Assembly: GCA_964016885.1 (NCBI GenBank)
Contig: OZ024741.1
Coordinates: forward strand, 174,778,001 to 174,842,000
Source: Eledone cirrhosa
Taxonomy: Eukaryota
DNA length: 64,000 nt
Direction of reading: 5' to 3'
Below are positions 52,155 to 64,000 of this stretch, one piece after another (positions within the stretch are counted from its first letter, which is position 1; the number at the start of each line of letters is the position of its first letter). Position numbers and translations under genes: made by a program. The notes under the pieces are model-generated. The model searched no databases, was not told where the DNA came from, and worked only from the letters and a program-made list of their open reading frames with translations.

Positions 52155-54703
52155 TATATATATATATATATGTTGATAGACTGGATTTATATTATATACA
52201 ACTATTATTACCCATGTGCTGGCGTTTCCTTTCTAATAACATGTGTGCACTCTGAGTTATAAGTTTGTATTTTCTTACATACAAATCTTATAATTTTATT
52301 AAGGAAATAATGGCCATGGCTATCTTCGTAAACCAAAATTATTTATATATCATCATCATCATTTAACGTCCATGTTCCACGCTTGCATGGGTTTGGACGG
52401 GAGTTTTCCCACTTGAGGCATAGGACTGTCTGGCGGGTTTTCTACAGCTGGATGCCCTTCCTAACACCAATATATATATATGTGTGTGTCAGCTCTACGC
52501 ATGGTGACGCCTCTGGGATCGTTGACATAGGATGACCCCAGTCCCATTGAACAAGAGCAAAGAAGAAGAAAGAAGATATATATTTATATATATATATATA
52601 TACAGATAGAGTATCAGTCTTAATATGGAAATTGGGGAAAAAACTCCAATCAACTAAAATTAGCTTTGAAATTTCAAGGCTGAATGTCCTTGTTTAAAAG
52701 AAAGAACACCCACCGCCCTGGCTGATCCAAGTCTTTTGGAACAATTTAAGACTATGTAGTGAGAGTAGACCTTGTCTTTATGCCAGCTTGGTGAAAGCAA
52801 TGAGCCTGTTTTGATGTTATTAGATCTCCACAGTGAAGCATAATCACTAAGCAAGTAGGTTAGACTAACATGCTAGAAATAACCACCAAATCTACCTCAA
52901 ACCACATTACCGTAGTATAATAGGGAAAGGATAATGCACCCATACATACCTCTAAAAATACAGGGTGGTCATAGGCGAAACACCTTTGATCATAGGTCTA
53001 TTTGATAAGTGTTCACCTGGAGGTAAATAACAGCAATAAAATATATATTGTAACTGCACATTAAGATAATTATAATCCTGTCAGTTGCTGCTGTTGCAAT
53101 GGTTCACATCTGCATAAGTTTAGCTGGCTTCTGTTGGGGTTCTTTAGATGTGTTAATGATAGATTTTCAAGTCATATCATGTCAATATTTTTTTCTGGAG
53201 ACAAGAGGTGGGATTTGAGCACAGAATGCATAGATCTAAGACAAAAACAGCATGACATCCTGTTTAACAGTGAATCAATGCTGTCAATGTGCTTACTACC
53301 CTGAAGTGGCATTTTATTCATTGACCTTGAAAGTTCTTTAACCCTTTAGCATTTAAACTGGCTGTATCTGGCCAGAATTCTCTTACCCCTTTCTGTTCAA
53401 ACTGGCTGCTCATACTTATGCTCATACTTATTTTCAAAATAAATAATATCAAAATATTGTAGATCGATATTATATGAAATAAATTGTCTACGGTGAAAAT
53501 ACAATAGTAAATATAGAGTAATGTAAATGCTAGAGGGTTAAGACTATTTTTTTCTGTTAAAACAGAGGTTAGCCTTGTAGAGCCCTGGTAGGCTTTATAC
53601 AAATCAGGTTCTTTTTGAGGTAGTGTTTTATGGTCAGATGTTGTTCCTGGTTCCAACACTCTTAGAAGGTTCTGACAATACACAGATATGATGTATCTAT
53701 TTTAAACTGGATACACACAGAGGAATGAATAGAAATTAACAATAAAAATGCTAATCAATATCTTACTAAAACTTATTGATTACTCCAATGTATTGACTAT
53801 TTCTAGTAACCACTTAAAAATATTGACCTTTCCAACACCAAACAAAGTAGGTGAGATAAGGTTTCTAAAAATGACGATGATGATGATGTTTTGTGACTGA
53901 CAAATAAGTTTACTTCGTGCAGATGTACTTTTAGTTTGAAATATCAACATCTGTTTTCTGTCTTTGATTTATTTATTGAATAATTCTTGTCACTTGTTTT
54001 GTAAATACTGAGTAGTACTCTGCATCTAGTATCAAATATCTAAATAATCTCACCTTCCAAAATCTTGTTTTAAACTTTTAAAAGTGATAAGCATAGATTG
54101 TACTGTGAACATGCTCTTGTTTTCGTCTTGAATACCCCTCCTCCCTGCTTCAGCTCTGCTTGAAAGTATTCTAGCCGTGAATACATCTTTACCCAGCCTT
54201 CCCCAGGCCAGAGCTTTTAAAATTTTTCCATTTGACAACACACTTTTTAAAACGTAAATTTTTCATAACACATTAAATTTTGCAAGTGACACAGAATTAA
54301 CAAAATGAATAAATAAACAAATATCATATCACATGTCACCAGTATCGTTCCTAATTGTATGTAGAGTTGTCAAATATACTTCACAACCAAAATATTCAGT
54401 TTTGATTAATTTTGTGACACACACATCTTTAACTCAGTTTGGAAATCACTTTCAACTCTGATTGAAAACATTTTAGCTGGTACTGTATCATCTTTTCCAA
54501 ACCCCACCTCCCTAGTTTTCAAATTGACAGCACATATTTTAGAAATAAATATTTTCCGGACACACAAAATTTGGCTTGAGACACAAAATTAACCATTTCT
54601 ATTCAAAGCCACCCATTTTAAATGGTTCTCATATACAATTATAACCTTCCAACATAATTTTATATAAAAACCTATTGTTATGTTAGAAATGCTGTTTTAA
54701 TAA

Positions 54704-56860
54704 CACTGGTCAACAAAATTAAATGTATTATACTCATTATGAATGCAAACCAACTTTTTTAGACTAATTTTTCATGCTGATTTCAAAATTTCAATCCATT
54801 TGTATGCAGCATGTATCAGTTTTTCAGTCGATACATGCAAATATTTACATATTTGTATATATGAAATCATTAACGTAATAAATAAGGACATATTATTTTT
54901 AGAAAGTAAATGAGTTTATTGAGTTAAAAATCATCACTATCCAAGGAGTGAATACACAAAAAGTGGGTCAGACAAAACAGACAAAGTTAGAATAACAGAG
55001 TTACAAAACATTGTGATTTGGATTTCCTGTGGTATTCCTGATCTGGATGATCACGGTAAAGTGTCCAGCAGTAGTCAGCCAGCATACTGTCATTCCAGAA
55101 GCCTTGGTACTGTTTCTCCAAAGCACTAATGTCCTGGTGAAATCTTTCACCATGTTCATCAGACACTGCTCCAAGGTTATCTGCGAAGAAATCCAGATGG
55201 GAGTCCAAGAAGTGAACTTTCAGTGACATGCAAACAATTCATTGCTGAGTAACATTTCAGAAGATTCTTGATGCCATCCTTGTAGTCCATTGCCTTCTTG
55301 TTGCCTAAGAAATTCTCACAGATCCAATTGAAAGCATTCCAGGCAGGCAGTTCCAGTTCATCCAGTGTTGTCTTGAAGTTGACATCTTTGAGTACTTCTC
55401 TAATTTGGGGTCCGAGAAAGATACCCTCTTTCAACTTAGCCTGTGTGATTTGGGGAAACTTTTCTACAATATACTCAAACCCGCTGGCATTTCTCTTCCC
55501 TAGTGTCTTTACAAACTGTTTCATCAGTCCAAGCTTTATGTGCAAAGGAGGCAATAAGACATTACATGGATCTACAAGAGGTGCATTCTTGACGCTAGAC
55601 AGTCCTGGCTGGTATGATGTTCTGGCTGGAATGGATGGCTTCAAATTACCATTATAGAGAAGTACAGATTTTAAACTTCGTTTTGAAGAGTCAATAAACA
55701 AACGCTACTCTGCAGGATCATGATTTTGTGATAAACATTCGAAAAGTCCATCGATGTTACTGCAAAAGCAAAGCGGGCCTTCAACAGAAAAACATATTTG
55801 TAGAACCACATTTCTCTGCTGAAAATAAGTTATACAAACACCGTGTTCTAGCACATACTACTCCTTCAGTCTTGATGCCAACAGTTCTGCTTTATCTTTT
55901 GAGAGGGATAGGTCTCTGACAAGGTCATTCAGTTTAGCTTGGGAAAATTTCTGAGGTTCAAAGCTATCGTCATCAACCACGTAATCTTCCTCAGCAGCAC
56001 TATCGTGACAGTCAGCATCAACATCTGATGTTTCAATACCATCATTTGGTGGAACTGGAATTGGCAGACTTCCATTGTGAGGCACAAGTCTCATTGCAGA
56101 ATCCAAATTGGGATACACAATTTTGTGTTTATTCTTCATAGAAAATCCTGTGACATTTACTTTGTAAAAATAACAGTCATTAACATGGTCTTTCTGCTCC
56201 CTCCATATCATTGGAATGGCAAAAGGCATGGACTTCTTCTCATTGAACCAGTTACATTAGCCATTTGAGCAGGCTGAGCAGATAAAATGTGGTGCTCATA
56301 ACTAGTCATGATCTCCAAGAGGACAGTCAAAATATAGCTTATAAATCTTCTTGATCTCTGGTGTTATTGTACATTTTTGAGCTTTCACAATAAATTGTCC
56401 CAGACATAACAAAACACACCAGGACGATTTCTACACTGTCTTGACATTGTTAACACTGTAAAACAAGTAAGGAAATAGATACAAATGGTTATACTTATAT
56501 TGAAATATTTCATCAGGCCAATTATGATTGGACAATTTGAGATGTTGAAATACCTATTTCATCAGACAAAACTTGATTGGTTAATTTAAGATGATGAAAT
56601 ATTGCATCTGAACTATGCAGCAATGAATAATGTAGTTTATTTTAATTTTAAAGGTATGTTTCCATGATGTAAATGAAATACATGAATACACGTCATTAAT
56701 TGGAATTTCTATATAATGCCCGAGCTAAAACCAAGAAACTTTCTCTTCTTGAAAACTGTACGTGATGTCAAAAAACTAATTGTATATTTGAAATCAGCAT
56801 TAAAAACTACACCAAGTACACCTTGACATATGCTTGATGAAAAATACTTGTTGACCAGTG
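54704..56860 (-). mobile_element. Chapaev3 (CMC superfamily) DNA transposon with both termini
   Basis: 13-bp perfect TIRs cactggtcaacaa / ttgttgaccagtg, 3-bp TSD TAA (54701-54703 and 56861-56863), subterminal inverted atgctgatttcaaa / tttgaaatcagcat, transposase inside. Confidence 0.88.
54987..56447 (-). pseudogene. Chapaev3-type transposase pseudogene
   Basis: MSRQCRNRPGVFCYVCGQF...APHFICSAC...PMIWREQKDHVNDCYF...FIDSSKRSLKSVLL...LPPLHIKLGLMKQFVK...MSLKVHFLDSHLDFF..NLGAVSDEHGERFHQDI...MLADYCW. Several in-frame stops, a frameshift near 55229 and a probable internal deletion after KPSIP. Confidence 0.88.
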
Positions 56861-57906
56861 TAATTGAAATTTTTAGTAAATCCCTCCAAATTTTTCAAAG
56901 ACACTTTAATTCACATTGCTCCAGTTTACTCAGCTGTAGAAATGATATGACAGGATTGGGGTCCCTATCATTCCACTGCAAAGTGGTCGTGGAGGTGCCA
57001 CGGCAAAAAAGCACCCAGCGCTCACTGTAAATGAGGTTAATGTTAGGAAGGGCATCCAGCTGTAGAAAGCAAGCCAGAATCAGTTCCCGTCCCACCCTTG
57101 CATGCAGGGAAAAGCGGACGTAAAAATGATGATGATGATAATTAGAAGTGTGGTAGTGAAAGGGTTAATGAAATGAATAAACAAAGAATTAGATATATCA
57201 CATCTCACCAGTTATGTTTCTAATAGTATGTAGAATTGTCAAATATATTCCACATCCAAAATATTCAGATTTCATTAATTTTGTGACACCCAAAAATTTA
57301 TCGGTAACTCAGTTTGGAAACCTCTGCCCTAAATATAGGGTATCTAGGACTAGATTATTGAATGTGAGCATATTCACTCACACAGAAATACCTCTATATA
57401 AGAAAAACATTAGCTTGTCTTGATCCTGAACTGCCAGAAATAGTACTGTTTAAGAAAATATGGTGGAAATGTTAATGAAAGACAAAAGGAGAGTTTTACT
57501 TGATAGGTCTGGAACAGTGCCTATAGCCTACTGATGCCTTCCAAGGCCAAAGACATCAATGTCATTGGTGTTCTGTTTAAACTGTTGCAAGGTACACTCT
57601 TTTTACAAAGGCATGAGCAAGGAGGGAATTTATGAGAGGCTACATTCTGGGAATAGTGGTTAGTGCAGGGCCTGGGGACTGAACACAACATGAGAGACAA
57701 GAAAAAGAGAGATGAATAAGTCAGGAATGCATGAATAAGTGGAGGTGTCATGAAACTAGAAATCTCTGAGGAGCATAGACCATTGAGGTAATGGTAGAAG
57801 AGGATAGGGAGGAGACAAAAGACAGCATGTCATTTGAGTTTTGTTTTGTAATCTAGTCACAAAATTGTTTTGCAACCTGTTTGTATTATTTAGAATACTC
57901 ATACGA

Positions 57907-58096
57907 GGGCGGTGGATTGGCAGTATCGGTAGAGGGTCGGACGCCATGCTTTCCAGCATAGTTACGTCCCTTTACGATCTGAGTTCAAATCCCACCGAGG
58001 TTGACTTTGCCTTTCATCCTTACGGGGTCGATAAAATAAAGTACTAGTAATGCACTGGGTAATTGCTGGCCTTGTGCCTAAAGTTAAAACAATTAC
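57907..58096 (+). mobile_element. Young full-length family A tRNA-derived SINE with a 13-bp TSD
   Basis: A box tggcagtatcgg, B box gagttcaaatcc, central gcctttcatccttacggggtcgataaaat. TSD ttagaatactcat at 57890-57902 and 58097-58109. Confidence 0.88.
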
Positions 58097-59614
58097 TTAG
58101 AATACTCATCATCATCATCATCTGTTGACTGCAGTAGCAGACAGCCACAATTCTGCCAATCCACTGTCATAGACTGGTACTTTATTTTATCAACCAAGAA
58201 AAGATAAAAGGGATAGCTGAAACAAATACCACAAGATATAATATCAGATGCTCTAACAACTCTGCCTATTTGCAGTCTTAATACAGTGACAGCTTTTATA
58301 GATTAGTTTCAGTTCCGTTTTTTTCATTTCGCCAAAAAGACGTGAATGGTGATTTCTTATATCCAATAGCAATTTTTTAATTATAATATTTTGGTTTTTG
58401 TATTAAAAGCATCATATTCCATTAGACATGGATACACCAAAAGAAACAGTGCCAAATCTAAATTCAGCAAATAGAAGAATTTTGACTTACAGTTTGGCAA
58501 CGTCACGAATTGAAAATTACTAAACCAGCATTTTCCACTACACAGTTCACATTCACTCACATGAGATCATGTGACAAGCCATAACAACATACAGCTGATT
58601 CCACTATTTTGGATATTTTCATAATGTTCCTATACAGCAAAAGATGTTTAGTAATTAATTTATTGATTATAAGTTTTTAATTATATATTTTATTCGATTA
58701 TACAACTTTTTTTTACTTTGATCATTTAAAGTTTAGTAGGACACGCTTCTGAAGTTTGTGTTCTAAGTGGCTGCCTAGTTGGTCCAATGGTAGTGCTTGC
58801 CTTGGATGCATTATAAATGCGTTTCTGTACAAGAAACATTGCAACAAGATCTCAACAAATGACCCCATCCTCTACATCTGCACTGTAATATTGTGGCAGA
58901 CAGATGTAACCAGAAAAGAATAAGAAAGCAAGCAGGAAAAGAGAATCAAAGTTTAACTCATTCATTACCATATTTCTAATAGAAGACGCTGACTATGGTT
59001 TTCAAATAATTTTGGATATAATCAAGACTTCTCTCACCTCTGTACAGTGCAGCTGTAGGGGAAGAGGGTGGGGAGGTTATTTGTTAAGATCTAGTTTCAA
59101 TGTTTCTTGTTCAGAAGCTGATTTAACCGTTTCATTGCCATTAATTTTGAAAATAATCAAGACTTTTCTCGGCAGAGCTAGAGAACTGGTTACAGGTGGC
59201 GGATAGTGATATGGTCACCAGATGTTGGTAGCTATCAGATGAATAAGCACCCCTAGACCAATAGTGGTAAACTAATAGGGGAAATGGAGCAATGGGTGAC
59301 ACCTGTAGCTCCCAAGAAAACTCTCACAACTCAGTGATGTAGATATGGCGAGGCAAGTAAAGGCTGCCTCTAAAAAAGCCTAGTTTTTGCAGGTTTGAGA
59401 AAGTACTAGATTGGTGACTGGTGCGAATAAGATCACCAAAACTGCAATATGGTGAGGTAAGAAAAAATAATCATACCACATCATCCTTCGCGCAGGTTAC
59501 AAGGGACACATTCAGGCCTTAGGTAGAGGGGTCTGTTCTAAAAATATACTGCAGTCTCCATTTCATACTGTAAAAACTGGCAATGGGTCTGCGACGAGCC
59601 CTGGGAGGCATGGA

Positions 59615-60400
59615 ATGGACACACAAAGATTAAGTATCCCAAGACTCCAAAGATGGTTCAGAAGAGAGCAAACCATGACAATTGGAACCTGGAACATCAC
59701 AACCCTTATAGGTAAGGAGCAAGAACTAGTGGAGGTGGCTAAAAGCTACCAGTTGCATATAGTCAGGGTTTCTTCAACAAAGTTCCCTGGCTTTGGTACT
59801 GTAGATTTGGATGGAGGATGGAAACTCCACTATTCAGGTGTGACACCAGAAATGACTGCATACGCAGGAGTTGGGATACTCACAAGCACCCGGCTGTCAG
59901 AATGTGTTATGGATTGGATACAATGAGGGAGGATTTGCCTCTTGAAGCTTAGGCTGAAAGATATGTCTCTGTGGGTGGTTCAAGTTTATGCACCAAAGAA
60001 GGAGTTCGAATACAGATCCTTCCTAGACGAAATCACTGCAGCATTAGATGTAGTTAAGACTGAGTCATGTATCATAATGGGAGACTTCAATGTACATGTT
60101 GGAACTGATATAGAAAGGAGTGATTAGAAGGAACAGCAATCCTGATCTAAATATGAATAGAGAGGCCTTATTGGACTTCTGTTCTAGTAATGGACTCTCT
60201 ATTATGAGCACCTCCTTCCAACACAGAGACATCTACAAATATACATGGTGCAAGGGGAATTAGGGAAAGAGATCAATAATTCATTCTGTTATTGTCTCTG
60301 ATCTCTTTGATTCTGTGCTGAATATTCATGTTAAGAGAAGGGCTGAGCTATCAACTGATCACCATCTAGTTTTCTGCAACTCGAGACTACCTAAAGTCAA
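59615..60400 (+). pseudogene. RTE-clade LINE 5' portion: decayed APE endonuclease domain (probable 5' UTR from about 59200)
   Basis: IGTWNITTL, GWKLHYSG, AGVGIL, VQVYAP, IMGDFNVHVG, YTW and STDHHLV motifs with frameshifts. No RT follows. Confidence 0.88.
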
Positions 60401-60783
60401 AGAAGCCCACAAAACTGGAAATAGCTAGTCCTAGTATTTTGTGGCCTCCTCACATCTTTGCCCTCATGAGACTATTAGTTCAATTGCAGTTTATCTTCTA
60501 TGCCTTCTCAGATCATGTCACCATGTCAGGCTTCGGACAACCTGGTGAACGTGTAGTTATCTTCCCAAGTCTACACTAGAGAAAGATCGAGACTAAATAA
60601 AATGGTAAATATAATTGTAGTAAAACAATACTGCGATCATTATATCATGGCTTTAGAGAAGGATGGATTCTGCCAGATTGTAAATGAATATGTCTTGTCG
60701 GAATCACATGCAGTTGACCTTATTAATACTGACAACATACTATAAAAGACATTTAAATATTGCAAACACATGCACACACACAA

Positions 60784-60818
<35 letters not shown>

Positions 60819-62039
60819 AATATATATATAATGTACTTACATATAGTATGAAAATGCCTGACAGTAATAGAATATTATTTATGATATCTGAGGAGACTAA
60901 AGCCAAATACAAGATTATCAGGGTGTGTACTCCAAACAGTTGTATGAAAGAACCATATGAAAGGATGTGTATCAAGTATAAAATTGCTACAATTTAACAA
61001 TATATGACATAATCATGTCAAAATAAGGTCAAGGAACAAGAGAATTGAGGCAGCTAAACCTAATATGTAGATATTTTGTGACACTAGTAAAATGTCAAAG
61101 AAAATTCAACTGTAAAAACAGGTTCTTTTACAGACCTTTTCAACCCATGCCAAAGGTGCTCTATAACATTACCTATTAGAAGCATTCTAATAATGATAAA
61201 CAATGAACAAACTAGTGGTATTAGAAATAACTAGTGCACAGCGCATTATTTTATGGACAGCATATATATATATATATAATGTCTGTACTGTTGAGACTGG
61301 GGAGGGGCACATATCAGAGGTGTACTCTATGCATAGAAAGAAACAGTTGGTATAGAGGAAGGTAAAAACCCAATTGGTTACGGTTTGGTTATTGTGAGGG
61401 GTGTACTAGCTACACTCTACTTCCCCCTCCTTATGTTTGTCTTATCATTACAAAGCACACACAATTTCAGAAGTTTAATTGGATATGATATAAAAGTGGA
61501 GGGGGCAAAAGTAACACACTCATAATGTGTAAATCTCCCAGATAACTTTCTTTTCTACTTGTTTCACTCAGTAACCTGCTGCCATGTTGGGGACACCGTC
61601 TTGATTTAGTCAATCATCTTGACTCCAGTACTTATTTTGTTAAACTGTTAAATTACAGGACATAATCACAAACACAGACACACACACGTATGTATACAAA
61701 CACAATGGATTTCTGCAGTTTCTGCCTACCAAATTCCATTCACAAGGCATTGGTCAATCCAAGGCTACAATAGAAGAGACTTGTGCAAGGTACTACACAG
61801 CAGGATTAAACCTAGAACTCACTGGTTGCGAAGCAGAATCCTTAACCACACTGCTATGCTTGTACCTATAAAAGGAAAGTTGCTGATTGTCAATTGCTGA
61901 TACTATCTGCTGAGTGAAACTCTTTGCAGAAGGAGCAATGTGAAATAAAATATTTTGCTCAAAAACACAATGCGCACCTCAGTCAAGAAATCAGTAGATC
62001 TAGAAAGACATGGGATGAAGTAGTGAACACTGATGTCCA

Positions 62040-62745
62040 CCTAGGCTCAGTCCTCAGTCTACACCTATTTATCATTATCCTTTAGGCCATAACTGAGGAG
62101 TTCATGACTGGCATTCCATGTGAACCCAGTAAGCTGTCAATTTAATCTTTATAGCTGAGTCTGTGAGAAAGTTAGAGAAAAAATTCCAAGCATAGAATAA
62201 AAACATAGAAGTGAAAGGCTTAAGAGTAAACTTAAAGTCTTAATAAGTAGGAAAAGAAGCTGTTACTGTCAGAGCAATGGTCTTGCTTGATGTGTCGAAA
62301 AGGAGTGAGCAGAAACTCCATAAGGGGCACACAGTGTAACCTATGGACCAAAGAGATGGTGGGATTACAGGCAGACTAATAAAGAAGATAGATTTTATAT
62401 GTAGTAAGTACACAGGAAGAGTAAGCACAAAGAGCACACCCAAAACAGATTTGCTGAATTGCCAGGGATGCTCCCTAGAGGTTGTTGACAGCTTTTGTTA
62501 CCTAGGTGATTAAATCAGTAGTTAGGGAGTAGACTGGAAGAAAATTAGAGAACTAGTACCCCTGCTGACAACAAAGAGCTTCTCTTTCAGAGTGAATGGA
62601 AACTGTGGAATGGGTAAACCCAGGAAAACTTGGCATGACGTGGTAACGCTGACCTCATGAAGATGACACAGGACCAGGGCATCGGAGGACATGCTGCACT
62701 CCAGAAGACTCACTTTCTCACACGCGCAGCATGTAATGCAAGCAA
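62040..62745 (+). pseudogene. Highly decayed RTE LINE RT/PHD/C-terminal fragment
   Basis: GSVLS..LFIIIL.AITEEF.TG, CLMCRKGVSRNSI, EVVDSFCYLG and GKPRKTW remnants. Confidence 0.8.
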
Positions 62746-63506
62746 AGAGAGAGGTAGACAGACCCGACTCCTCTGTCTACCTTCTTGCCCTTAATCATCC
62801 CATTCATTATGTGCCCCTGCATCCACATTCTTTACTCCCACTCCCTTCACCTAACCCTTGCCAGCAGAGACAGAAATGCCCCACACTCACAATTTACATT
62901 CTCTACATAACTCATGTCAGCATGGAAGAAAAAATACTCCACACTCCAACTACATAACTGATTTACTTCTTTGTCCAAGCCATGCCAGCTTAGAAAGCCA
63001 GGCATTCTGCACAATATACCACTAGACACAACTCTCTCTTCAGAGCCATCCCATGCCAGTATAACCCCCCCCCCCCACACTTTTATCAATGTCTACCCTA
63101 TGATTGTGTCACAATAAAAATGCACCCATCTTAGACCATACTAGATACGTAAACCCACCCAACCCCTACCATATACGCACACATACACATACACCAATAC
63201 ATGGAACCACACAATACACATCAATAACCAGACATCCCTGCCAAACACACATACTTACAGGTGTATGTGTCTGTACACATATACATTTGTGTTTGTGGGC
63301 ATATGCACGCGCACCCCTCACCTCAACCCCAAAACCCATAAGCCGGATCACTCCCCCCTTCCTTTTTATTTTCTTTGTGCTTTTCCTGATGAAGGGAAAA
63401 ATGTTCAATACGTTGACTATGTAATTCACTCTTTCTTTTAAGCGTGAAACTAATATGACTTTGTTAATGCATCCTCTTGTTTGTTCGTTTCTTGTTTCCT
63501 TGATAA

Positions 63507-63509
<3 letters not shown>

Positions 63510-63558
<49 letters not shown>

Positions 63559-63720
63559 ATATATATATAACTATATATATATATATATATATATATGTGT
63601 ATATATATATAACTATATATATATAAATATAAATATATATATGTAGATTATATACATACATACATACATACATATATATGTGTGTGTGTAGATAGATAGA
63701 TAGAAATAGACAGATAGACA
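63510..63720. repeat. Compound TA/TACA/GATA microsatellite
   Basis: Seen directly. Confidence 0.9.
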
Positions 63721-64000
63721 GCACCATTGGCAAAGGTTATAGAATATTTGCACGCTACCCCCATTTTACATTTGTATTTCATAAATTCTAAATAAAATTA
63801 AAAAAATTAAAATGTTTTGACAGATCATAAAATTGGTGTGTAAGAGACGGACAAAAAGGATGTAGATTTATTATAATATTGATTAATATTATTCTATTAA
63901 TACTAAACAGCTAAGCAGTTAGTGTCATTAGAAATAATTAATATAAAGTTTGGCCTATAGTCCTAACTAAGAACAACAGTAAGCTGTTGTTGCAACTACT

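Noticed and set aside
56230-56447. Domesticated RAG1-like or host zinc-finger gene
   Set aside because: It lies inside TIRs with a TSD and has multiple stops, so it is a decaying transposase rather than a domesticated gene.
57907-58005. tRNA gene
   Set aside because: A and B boxes are present, but I see no cloverleaf or acceptor stem and the sequence continues into a SINE body with a TSD.

Overview
AT-rich, repeat-saturated animal genomic DNA. The SINE families, (TGA)n-tailed RTE LINEs and dense TA/CA/AG microsatellites suggest a coleoid cephalopod such as Octopus (inference). The only host gene I can support is a minus-strand UBTD1/UBTD2 orthologue: a 237-bp internal exon at 9764-10000 and the terminal coding exon at 2230-2627. 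I found no canonical MGxC first exon, so most of 10-64 kb is probably a very large first intron or upstream region. The rest is transposon sequence: RTE-clade LINEs (one with an intact 464-aa ORF carrying a PHD-type finger inside the RT domain), a TIR/TSD-bounded Chapaev3 transposon with a decayed transposase, an internally deleted maT/DD37D mariner, two non-autonomous Helitron-like elements, several TTAA- and TA-flanked MITE families, and many tRNA-derived SINEs. The most notable observations are the PHD finger between RT motifs 6 and 7 in three diverged RTE copies, a ~430-bp inverted intronic duplication fused to an RTE tail (possible template switch onto nascent host RNA), serial SINE insertion at identical target sites, and RTE tails embedded in (TA)n. 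I found no CRISPR array, rRNA or real tRNA gene. All coordinates were read by eye and repeat boundaries are approximate.
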